Positions 16,571-24,432 of a stretch of 24,432 bases of DNA are shown piece after piece. The notes under the pieces are model-generated. The model was not told where the DNA came from, ran no database searches, and worked only from the letters and a program-made list of their open reading frames with translations. Source of the DNA: a virus (taxonomy: Duplodnaviria > Caudoviricetes); IMG/VR virus record IMGVR_UViG_3300016722_000011, positions 1-24,432 of that record. One strand, 5' to 3'. Positions within the stretch are counted from its first letter, which is position 1; each line of letters starts with the position of its first letter. A program made the position numbers and the translations under genes.

Positions 16571-16592
16571 CAAGAATAATTAGGTAAAAAAT

Positions 16593-17054
16593 ATGGGTTT
16601 ATTACAATATTTAGTTGTTCACTGTACTGCCAGTCCTGAAGGCAGAAATCTTTCAAGAGCTGACATTATAAGATTTCATACAGCCCCTGTTTCTGAAGGC
16701 GGACGCGGATGGAGCCGTGTCGGCTATAGCGATATGATAGACATAAACGGAAGGCTTATAAATTTACGGCCGTATAATGAAAACAACTATGTGGAACAGA
16801 ACGAATACACTTTCGGTGCCGTTGGCCTGAATATGATTGCCCGCCATGTTGTTTATGTTGGCGGTTGCGATAAAAATATGGATCCTAAAGATACAAGGAC
16901 AACGGAGCAGAGAGAAACATTAAAACAATATGTTATTAAGTTTCATCAGCTGCATCCGGAAGCAAAAATAATTGGTCATAATCAAGTTGCAAAGAAGGCC
17001 TGTCCTTCGTTTGACGTTCAGAAATGGCTTTCTGAAATAGGTATTAAACAATGA
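16593..17054 (+). CDS. Endolysin, N-acetylmuramoyl-L-alanine amidase (T7 lysozyme / Amidase_2-like)
   Basis: VVHCTA, GWSRVGY, YVGG, IIGHNQ, KACPSFDV zinc-amidase motifs. Confidence 0.93.
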   Translation: MGLLQYLVVHCTASPEGRNLSRADIIRFHTAPVSEGGRGWSRVGYSDMIDINGRLINLRPYNENNYVEQNEYTFGAVGLNMIARHVVYVGGCDKNMDPKDTRTTEQRETLKQYVIKFHQLHPEAKIIGHNQVAKKACPSFDVQKWLSEIGIKQ

Positions 17055-17281
17055 TTAAATGGCTTATAAATAACAAGAATTTAGTTACAAACATTGCCGG
17101 CTTTGCAGGCGGTACAGCCGGTTCAATACTGTATGCAGCTTTACAGTTTGAAGTACCGTTCCCGGTCTGGGTAAAAATTATTCTGGCAATAATTACCGGT
17201 TTTGCTTTCGGCTTAAATGGATTTATGACAGGCAAGCCGCTTAAATGGCCTAATAAGGAGGAAGATAATGGACAGGGTTAA
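17051..17281 (+). CDS. Holin-like protein with two TM segments
   Basis: Two hydrophobic segments and charged C-terminus; next to the endolysin. Confidence 0.6.
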   Translation: MIKWLINNKNLVTNIAGFAGGTAGSILYAALQFEVPFPVWVKIILAIITGFAFGLNGFMTGKPLKWPNKEEDNGQG

Positions 17282-17753
17282 GACCGAAAACATATTATAT
17301 GCAGCCATATTTTTGGCGGGCGTTATTTACTTCTGCATTTGTATGCTTGCATTAAGCGGATGTTCTTCTGCTCCCAAAATAGTTAAAGAAGAAACCGAAG
17401 TAACTAAGAAAGATACAACAGTTTTTGTTGATGTGCCTGCTATACAGGGTTCAATATTTGTGATGCTTACTGATTCAGCTTCGGATATATATGAAGGTGC
17501 TCAGCTTAACGGTAACGATACGACAGCTACTATTAAGTTTAATTATAAGACAAAGAAAATTGATTATAAGATTAAGCCGGCTAAGGTACCGGTAACTTAT
17601 ACTAAAGAAACTAATATTAAAAAAACTACTCAGGTTGCACCTGAAAAGAATAAACAACAAAAGTCCTGGCTGGAAGGCCTGGGGGAAATAACCCTGGGCA
17701 TTCTGGCCAGTGTAGTTATTTACATATTAATAAAAAAACTAAAATGGATTTAA
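17268..17753 (+). CDS. Putative unimolecular spanin
   Basis: Lipobox LSG-C, beta-rich body, C-terminal TM followed by KKLK. Confidence 0.7.
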   Translation: MDRVKTENILYAAIFLAGVIYFCICMLALSGCSSAPKIVKEETEVTKKDTTVFVDVPAIQGSIFVMLTDSASDIYEGAQLNGNDTTATIKFNYKTKKIDYKIKPAKVPVTYTKETNIKKTTQVAPEKNKQQKSWLEGLGEITLGILASVVIYILIKKLKWI

Positions 17754-18121
17754 TAATAGCTTTTATATTGATTCTGGCTATGACGGTACTTGAAAATTAT
17801 TACCGTGAGGCCGAACGTTTTAAGCCAAATGCGAGCCCAAAATCGGGCACATATTGGCATTTAACTCAGCTTGCCGCACTTGCGGTTACTTTTATATACT
17901 TATGCTGGTTTGAATACGGGTTGCAGTTGAGTTTTTTTACCTCAATATATTTATTGGCCTCTATATGGTGGATTTGCTTTGATGGCGGGCTAAATCTTTT
18001 ACGAGGTCTGCCATTTTTCAGAGTATCAAAACAATCATCTGACCCGTTCCAAAAGCTTGGTAAGCCGGTAATAAAAATAGTTTTATTGGTTGTAGCAATT
18101 ATATTATTCATTATAAAATGA
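17744..18121 (+). CDS. Multi-pass membrane protein
   Basis: About four hydrophobic segments; FDGGLNLLRG. Confidence 0.7.
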   Translation: MDLIIAFILILAMTVLENYYREAERFKPNASPKSGTYWHLTQLAALAVTFIYLCWFEYGLQLSFFTSIYLLASIWWICFDGGLNLLRGLPFFRVSKQSSDPFQKLGKPVIKIVLLVVAIILFIIK

Positions 18122-18327
18122 ACAGCATGTTTAAAAATATTGCCGAAATAGTGGGGTCGTGGATTGTAAATTTACTGACGATTGTCGTTACCAGCCAACA
18201 GTTAAGCGGGCAGCTTAACCTATTAGAACAATTTTTAAAGATTGTTCTTCTCGTTATTACGATAATCTATACATATAAAAAAATTAAGAGTCTTAGGAAA
18301 AATTCCAAGCATAAATCAGATGATTAG
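18118..18327 (+). CDS. Small membrane protein, holin-like
   Basis: One or two TM segments and a basic C-terminus; ATGA overlap. Confidence 0.55.
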   Translation: MNSMFKNIAEIVGSWIVNLLTIVVTSQQLSGQLNLLEQFLKIVLLVITIIYTYKKIKSLRKNSKHKSDD

Positions 18328-18351
18328 ATATTAATAATAAGGAGTTTATAA

Positions 18352-19317
18352 ATGCATAGCACAATTGGCATAAAGGAGATATTTCTTATCCCTAAAGGAC
18401 TTGCAGGTTCTTTTATAGCCGGCAACGCCATTGACGGCGTGCTCGGCTTTTCATTTAGAGAAGGTGCTGAATTAAAAATAGAGCCCATTGATACGACTAA
18501 TGATTTCAAGGAAAGGCCCTCAGGTGGCCGCACTAATTTTGTTATTGAAGGCACTTCGCAAATGAATAACTTCGACTATTTGTGGTATCTGATGGGCTTC
18601 ATCGGAGTATCCGGGAGTGATATAGTTGTTCTGACTGAAGGTTATCAGGTTGATGCACAGGGCTATTATACCAGTCCGAACGGTATTTTCGTTTTTACCG
18701 GTCAGGATTATATGAGCCCTGGTTTCACTTATACAAGAGACTTGAATAAGCAGGTAATTAAAGTAACAAATACCGTGTCTTTAAGTGATGACCGGGCAGA
18801 GTTAATTTTACAGACTGCGTCAACTCAGGCTGTAAAATTGAACATTGGATACAAAAAAGGCTATCGGCGTCCTGATTATATCGTTAAACCCGAATTCTAT
18901 TCCGCAAAAGCATACGGTTTAAACGGGGGGACGACAATGGATGATTTATTCTTACAGGATGAACTGATTGACTGTAAGTATGTGTTTAGCACTGAAGGCA
19001 ATAAACTTGCCGCAAACCGCACAAGGATTAAGTGGATAAAAACAAGTTTTGAACTTACTACGAGTGATGCAAATTGCAGCAAGATTGTAAAGCTTAATAA
19101 TCTTCCTTTCGATTCAGCATTTGAATTGACCGATAAAATCGGCATCAATACATATGCTAAATATGTAATTGAGACAGGTGCATTGTTTTCTCAAAAGAAC
19201 TTTTTAGTAGGTGACACTGACAGGAATTCAAAAGTATCACTAACAGGTAATGTATATCTGAGTGAGTTTATAATACGTACATTGCCAACCAACATATTAA
19301 CCATTAAGGCATTCTAA
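18352..19317 (+). CDS. Putative tail tube / major tail protein
   Basis: GIKEIFL N-terminus; beta-rich; AAGGAG RBS; position before chaperone and tape measure. Confidence 0.5.
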   Translation: MHSTIGIKEIFLIPKGLAGSFIAGNAIDGVLGFSFREGAELKIEPIDTTNDFKERPSGGRTNFVIEGTSQMNNFDYLWYLMGFIGVSGSDIVVLTEGYQVDAQGYYTSPNGIFVFTGQDYMSPGFTYTRDLNKQVIKVTNTVSLSDDRAELILQTASTQAVKLNIGYKKGYRRPDYIVKPEFYSAKAYGLNGGTTMDDLFLQDELIDCKYVFSTEGNKLAANRTRIKWIKTSFELTTSDANCSKIVKLNNLPFDSAFELTDKIGINTYAKYVIETGALFSQKNFLVGDTDRNSKVSLTGNVYLSEFIIRTLPTNILTIKAF

Positions 19318-19318
19318 C

Positions 19319-20269
19319 ATGACTACACAAAATATTATCGGAGCCCGGGGCGGAGATGCTTCGGTTAGTTTTGCTTACGCACCGGCAGCAGATACTGATG
19401 AAGTGCTTGTAAGGTTCAACGATGAACACGGCCTTCCACTGCTTACTAAGAGTACAAAAACATTAGGCGGCAGCAGTGATGAAATAAACATAGTGTCCGG
19501 CACCGGTTATACTATAAAGCTTACAGATGAAGACCTGGACAATTTGCCTAACTCAGCGAATTATGTTTTGTACAAAGTCGTTGATGAAACTCCGGTTGCT
19601 TTATTCGGCGGAACCGTTACAGTTACCGGCGATAAGACACAGCAAGCAACTATAGAAGATTTTATTCCTTTTCAGAATGGAAGTAACCAACGCAGTATTG
19701 TCCAAGTTGATTTGCCTTTGGGCAGCGTTACGGTAACTGTAACAAATGAGGATGATTTTATAACTTTTTCTGGTTTTGAGGGTACGTTCCCAATGACTTT
19801 GCCTGAGGCCGCGACTAATAAGGGTAAAATATTCCACATAAAGTGTCTTGCTGAGGCTCCCAATTTTCAACTGACGATTGGTGCCATAAATTTGAAAGTA
19901 AATGAAGAAGTAACCCTAATTTCAAACGGCACTGGCTATGATATTTGGAATTATAAACAAAAAACCGGTAACAACAACCAAGGTCCTATAGTGGATGATG
20001 CCCATGAGGTTTCACCACTGGAAGATGTTATAGTTGCGAATACTAATGCCGCAGGTAAAGAAATAACAATCAATCTTCCCGCTGATCGGGCTCAATTTTT
20101 CGGCAAAAAAATCACAATAATTTGCACTGGTGCAACTGTGGAGCATAATCTAGTTGTTTATGACATTTCTTCGGGAAATTCAGTGCGTATGTTTGAAGGT
20201 CCCGGAAAAATTGAACTATACTTAGTACCTGGCACTGCCGGAGGAGATGACTGGTTGGTTCTTCCATGA
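19319..20269 (+). CDS. Virion structural protein with two fibre-like TxxLP..G modules
   Basis: Thr/Val/Gly-rich; MTLPEAATNKGKIFHIK and TINLPADRAQFFGKKITII. Confidence 0.55.
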   Translation: MTTQNIIGARGGDASVSFAYAPAADTDEVLVRFNDEHGLPLLTKSTKTLGGSSDEINIVSGTGYTIKLTDEDLDNLPNSANYVLYKVVDETPVALFGGTVTVTGDKTQQATIEDFIPFQNGSNQRSIVQVDLPLGSVTVTVTNEDDFITFSGFEGTFPMTLPEAATNKGKIFHIKCLAEAPNFQLTIGAINLKVNEEVTLISNGTGYDIWNYKQKTGNNNQGPIVDDAHEVSPLEDVIVANTNAAGKEITINLPADRAQFFGKKITIICTGATVEHNLVVYDISSGNSVRMFEGPGKIELYLVPGTAGGDDWLVLP

Positions 20270-21312
20270 TACGCATAGTTGTATCAGATGACTCGGGCAA
20301 TCCGGGTCAGCACGCGTTAGATATTAAACAGGCCATAATAAATGGTTACGGGTCTGATATATCTGAACAGATAACTATTATAAACGGTTATAACAACGCC
20401 AAGGCTTATGCCCAGAATAACGAAAATGTAATTGCCTTTATAAGAAGTTATTCGGGCGTGGCCGGTTACGTAAATGATGCGCAAAGTTTATACCCAAGAG
20501 TCCAAACTTTTTTCCCGCTTGGAACAAATAACTATACTTTATTGGAGGTATTTCAGAATGAAGAGCCCCCTGTAATTGTAGTTACCGGTGCCGGTGACCT
20601 GGAGTTGAGAAATAACACCGGTTTTGGAAAAGGCCTGGAGTTTTGGGATAAAGATCTGGTGGATGATAACACCGGGTTTGATGACCAGAGCAGCTTTGGA
20701 AATGGTACAGTTTTGGGCAAATTGCTTAGGACTAAAGATGTATTAAACTGTAGTTGGTGGGAAGCTCGCTTCCGGGCACGAATGACCGCAGACAGAACTG
20801 AACCAAGCAGGGTCTCAAAGCCCTGGGATATTTATAACGGGTATGGAAAAATAAACGTTGCAGCAGCTCTGCTCTATAAGGGCATTGTTGCTGCCGACCC
20901 GTATATACCGGAACCGGTACAGTCCGTCCCTGAATTATTTTACAATGACACCCAGACATTAACTTCCCCGAGCAAGGTCGTACCCGCTAATACATATTTC
21001 AGCAATAGCAAGGAGTTTGCAAACTACATCGCTGATAAAATATTATATAGCGGTTTTAATTATAAAGGATTTATTAAGGTTATCGATACTGATTATGGTA
21101 CATCAAATGTCTCTGTAATTTCATCTTTTTCTATCTCTTCAAATAACTGTGAGCTTGTTTTACAAAGATTTCTAGATGTAAACAGCCTTAATAAAAATCC
21201 CCTCAAGATTGATCGAATCACCTTAAGCGTGGATGCTGAATTGACAAATTATATTTATCAATGGGTTAATAAAAATCTTACTGGTTATAATCAATTATTG
21301 GCAGATGAATAA
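20266..21312 (+). CDS. Subtilase (S8)-like protein in the tail operon
   Basis: IVVSDD, GQHA, QSSFGNG and RMTADR..NGYGKINVAAAL appear in subtilisin motif order. Confidence 0.55.
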   Translation: MIRIVVSDDSGNPGQHALDIKQAIINGYGSDISEQITIINGYNNAKAYAQNNENVIAFIRSYSGVAGYVNDAQSLYPRVQTFFPLGTNNYTLLEVFQNEEPPVIVVTGAGDLELRNNTGFGKGLEFWDKDLVDDNTGFDDQSSFGNGTVLGKLLRTKDVLNCSWWEARFRARMTADRTEPSRVSKPWDIYNGYGKINVAAALLYKGIVAADPYIPEPVQSVPELFYNDTQTLTSPSKVVPANTYFSNSKEFANYIADKILYSGFNYKGFIKVIDTDYGTSNVSVISSFSISSNNCELVLQRFLDVNSLNKNPLKIDRITLSVDAELTNYIYQWVNKNLTGYNQLLADE

Positions 21313-21321
21313 AGGAAAATT

Positions 21322-21696
21322 ATGGATAATGAAATCTTAGCAAAACTTGATAATAAAGTTTACGAAATTGGTGGAATAAAGTTCAAATTTAAAGACCTTA
21401 CTCTTGATGAGCAGGAGCATGTTGAGCAAATTCAATCCAGGGTAACTGTTAAAGACGGGACTGCCACCGGTGATTTTACCGGTGCCGAAGTTAGGGAGTT
21501 TCTTAATATAATACTTGAACCGGTTAACCCTGCCGAATATCAAAAGGATATTTTTGGCAAAATAAACACGTCTTTGATTCCTGTTATAATGGGTGATTTT
21601 TTTTTAAGAACAGTGAAACTCAATGTTGTTTCCAGAAACTATTTGGAACAGCAATTCAAAAAATTGAAGAAGTCACAGTCCGGCTTGAAAGACTAA
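21322..21696 (+). CDS. Tail assembly chaperone (lambda gpG-like)
   Basis: Upstream of tape measure; contains a T9 slippery site. Confidence 0.75.
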   Translation: MDNEILAKLDNKVYEIGGIKFKFKDLTLDEQEHVEQIQSRVTVKDGTATGDFTGAEVREFLNIILEPVNPAEYQKDIFGKINTSLIPVIMGDFFLRTVKLNVVSRNYLEQQFKKLKKSQSGLKD

Positions 21697-21914
21697 AGGA
21701 ATATAGGGCAGAAACTGAAACCGGAGAATTGAGACTAACACCAATAGACTCAATTCTCTTTTTTGTATGTGATGGTAACTTGGCCGAAGCCGAGAAATTA
21801 AGATATAATTGTTCTTATCTCCGCCTTTATCAATGGTATTATGCTAAGTTAATTAGAAAGTTAAATGAACTTAAAGACGATCTTGCTTATCAACTTAACC
21901 TTAAAAACAAATGA
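21606..21914 (+). CDS. Tail chaperone frameshift extension (gpT-like segment of gpGT)
   Basis: The -1 frame is open from the slippery site to TGA at 21914, which overlaps the tape measure ATG. Confidence 0.75.
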   Translation, partial: KNSETQCCFQKLFGTAIQKIEEVTVRLERLKEYRAETETGELRLTPIDSILFFVCDGNLAEAEKLRYNCSYLRLYQWYYAKLIRKLNELKDDLAYQLNLKNK

Positions 21915-24028
21915 ACGATATAACCTTAAAAATATCAATTGACGGCACTGAAGCAACCGCGACAATTCAGAATGTTGATGGGCTCCTTGATGATTTAAGA
22001 AGCAAAGCTTCCGCATCAGGCAAAACGGATCCGTTTACCGGAGTGACTCAGGCAGCTAAAAATCTACAAACCGAGCTGATTGCTTTAGGCGGCCAATCCG
22101 AAAAAACATCTCAAACTATTGCGGATTTTATTACTGCAAACCGGATGTCTGAAACGGAAATAAATTCGGTTGTTAATGCTCTCCGCACTCAGCAACAGAC
22201 ACTGGCAATAAACAGTACCGAATATAACAACACTAAAAATGCCATTTCCAATTTAGGCGCTGCAACAAATCTGCTTCAAAAGAACCAGGCAATAGCGAAT
22301 GCAACGTCAATCCAGATGGCCCCAAGTTTTGGGCAGGCCCGGGCGGGGTTAATGCAGCTGGGTTATGTTGTCCAGGATAGCAGCATGTTCTTTGTTAACT
22401 TCAGAATGGGAATGATGTCCGTTGCGAATAATATTCCCTTTATAATTCAGGGTTTCATGGCCCTGAAGGAATCCGCCAATGAGTTAAAGGTTACAATGGG
22501 CACTGCACTCAAACAGGCTTTAACCGGTCCTACAGGCGTATTGTTGGCTGTTAATGCGGTTATGCTCGCAATGACTGTACTGCCAAAACTGTTTGACGAT
22601 GGAACTGCATCAATCAAGAAACAGAAAGATGAAGTTAAAAAACTTGCAAAAGAATATGAGAACTTAAGCACCGAAATGCTTAATAACAAACTGCTGGAAA
22701 TTCAGGCCGAAATGATTAAGATACAAAACAGCAATTCGTCTCAAAGTGTTTTGTCGTCAATATGGGGTGGCGTTCAAGTAGGTTGGGATATAATGAATAT
22801 GGGCAAGAAAGATAGGGAAAATAAGGATAAAATTGATAAGTCAAAAGAAAACGCAGCAACTAACAATGAGGAATATAAAAATCTGGAAAACCAGTATAAT
22901 GCCATAAAAGAACTTTATGACAAGAAAAAGAAAATCATTACCGATTATTATAGTGGTAAATACAAGCCCTCCAATGTAAATGAGGTTACTGACTTAGAAA
23001 CATTGCTTACAACAGAAAGGAATAATACTAAGAATAATAATGAAAGAAGTATTTATAATGCAACATTAAAAAATTTGGATAACATTCGGAATGCTTGGGA
23101 AGGTCACGCAGATAAGCAAAAAGAGACTTCTGGGAAAATGAAAGAAGAGCAAGAAAAGCTCTGGTATGAATTAAACAAAATGAGTTTATCCGGTGAAGAA
23201 TTGGATATGTATCAACTAAATGAATGGTACAAAGACTCTGTTAAGACAATGGCGGGGAACAACGAAGGCCTACTTAAAGTTAATGAAGTATATGAACAAA
23301 AAAGATTAGATATTCGGAAAGAGTATAATCAGCTAATTGCTGAAGTCGATCTTCAATTTCAAAATGATTCAGAGCTTTCTTTGAAACAAAGGATGCAAAA
23401 ATATCGGCATGACGTTCCAGACACTGATTATATGACTGAAAAAATGCCATCGCCGGCGGAGATATTGCGCCGGCAGAAAGAAGAAGTTGAAAACTGGAAA
23501 GAGGTAAACCAAGAAGCAGTTGCTGGAGTGGATGCCGTTAAATCTGCAACTGACACAATGTGGACAACTTTTATTATTGGCAGCCGCCAGGCTAAAGACG
23601 GTTGGGATGGGGTATGGCTATCTTTCAGAAATACAGCCTTAAATAGATTGTTTGAAATTGTAAGTAATAGTTTGTGGGATCAACTTTTTGAAAAAATGTC
23701 AAAAAGCGGTTCTTCTTCGGATTCCGGTGGGAACTGGTTGACTACTATCTTATCTTTTGTACCTACTTTATTCGGAACCGGTGCGGTGGTGACTTCGCCC
23801 CGGCTGGGTATTGTAGGGGAAGCCGGGCCGGAAGCAATTATTCCTTTATCTCAACTGCCTTCTATTATACATAGAGCCGGAGGTAATAATATGGATTTAA
23901 GTCCTGTAATAAGCAAATTGGATAATGTTGCCCGGAGGTTTGAAGAAAAACAATTCACTATTGATTTGCAAAAATTAAGGACAGTGAATAAACGATTAGA
24001 TGCAATTGAGAATAGGTTGAAAGTATGA
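21911..24028 (+). CDS. Tail tape measure protein
   Basis: ITLKISIDG N-terminus, long helical body with hydrophobic stretch, C-terminal GEAGPEAIIPL. Confidence 0.9.
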   Translation: MNDITLKISIDGTEATATIQNVDGLLDDLRSKASASGKTDPFTGVTQAAKNLQTELIALGGQSEKTSQTIADFITANRMSETEINSVVNALRTQQQTLAINSTEYNNTKNAISNLGAATNLLQKNQAIANATSIQMAPSFGQARAGLMQLGYVVQDSSMFFVNFRMGMMSVANNIPFIIQGFMALKESANELKVTMGTALKQALTGPTGVLLAVNAVMLAMTVLPKLFDDGTASIKKQKDEVKKLAKEYENLSTEMLNNKLLEIQAEMIKIQNSNSSQSVLSSIWGGVQVGWDIMNMGKKDRENKDKIDKSKENAATNNEEYKNLENQYNAIKELYDKKKKIITDYYSGKYKPSNVNEVTDLETLLTTERNNTKNNNERSIYNATLKNLDNIRNAWEGHADKQKETSGKMKEEQEKLWYELNKMSLSGEELDMYQLNEWYKDSVKTMAGNNEGLLKVNEVYEQKRLDIRKEYNQLIAEVDLQFQNDSELSLKQRMQKYRHDVPDTDYMTEKMPSPAEILRRQKEEVENWKEVNQEAVAGVDAVKSATDTMWTTFIIGSRQAKDGWDGVWLSFRNTALNRLFEIVSNSLWDQLFEKMSKSGSSSDSGGNWLTTILSFVPTLFGTGAVVTSPRLGIVGEAGPEAIIPLSQLPSIIHRAGGNNMDLSPVISKLDNVARRFEEKQFTIDLQKLRTVNKRLDAIENRLKV

Positions 24029-24432
24029 TACAGCTTGATATTATAAACATTCGGCTTTGCGAAAAATTGTTTCATCTGCATATTGCCATAGGCGATGGCG
24101 AAGTTACTTTGAGGCCTAAAACTCAGTTGATTGAATTCGGGAAATTCACATTGGGCAACGATGATGAAGAAAATGAAATGATATTGTTCCCTGGCAGCTT
24201 CAATTTTAGCTTTCGCATAAAAAACGATTCAGATTATATGGTTGTGAGGGATGCTCTTACTATTAACAACACTGTTATAACTGTTTATCAGGGTACTGAT
24301 GGGGTGAACCCTCCTTTTTATAAAGGGAAAATGCAACTTGAACAAATAAGCCGGGATAATCAGCTCAAAGTTATCTCCGCAGTTTTTTATGATGATACTG
24401 CCATATTATCTAATAGTACATATTCACATGCA
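24025..24432 (+). CDS. Tail-tip protein, truncated by window end (absent from ORF track)
   Basis: ATGA overlap with tape measure stop; MIQLDIINIRLCEK.. stays open to the window end. Confidence 0.7.
   Translation, partial: MIQLDIINIRLCEKLFHLHIAIGDGEVTLRPKTQLIEFGKFTLGNDDEENEMILFPGSFNFSFRIKNDSDYMVVRDALTINNTVITVYQGTDGVNPPFYKGKMQLEQISRDNQLKVISAVFYDDTAILSNSTYSHA

Larger units (their letters stand above)
86..24432. mobile_element. Mu-like transposable prophage (left end not pinpointed; continues past the right edge of the window)
   Basis: DDE transposase, AAA transposition ATPase, Gam and GemA, followed by terminase, portal, capsid, lysis and tail genes. The start coordinate is only the leftmost candidate 5'-TG end. 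Confidence 0.93.

Noticed and set aside
21729-21914. Independent TTG-initiated gene
   Set aside because: Better explained as the distal part of the -1 frameshift product
1-24432. Alternative genetic code or stop-codon recoding
   Set aside because: Genes are full length and tightly packed under the standard code; the tRNA is not a suppressor

Overview
The window holds the left and middle part of an apparently intact, AT-rich Mu-like (transposable) prophage or phage with a siphovirus-type tail, from a probably Gram-negative host (it has a spanin-like lipoprotein). A repeat-rich left non-coding region precedes an S24/LexA-type repressor, which diverges from a small Cro/Ner-like gene across a promoter with repeated operators. 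Next come a CII-like gene, MuA transposase, MuB ATPase, small early genes including Gam and GemA, a C4 zinc-ribbon protein, and a MuF protein with a C-terminal nuclease-toxin domain plus a candidate immunity gene. A minus-strand block encodes connector proteins, TerS, TerL, portal and a gpG-like protein. The plus strand then carries scaffold, major capsid, an atypical initiator-like tRNA(CAT), a lysis cassette and tail genes (tube-like, fibre-like, subtilase-like, frameshifted chaperone, tape measure), ending in a truncated tail gene. The most notable items are the MuF nuclease toxin and immunity pair, the initiator-like tRNA with a long variable arm, a compact subtilase-like tail-operon protein with no prohead protease gene visible, a P2-like divergent head layout, and a tandem duplication that captured a stop codon. 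All family assignments come from motif recognition and synteny by eye; no database searches were run.
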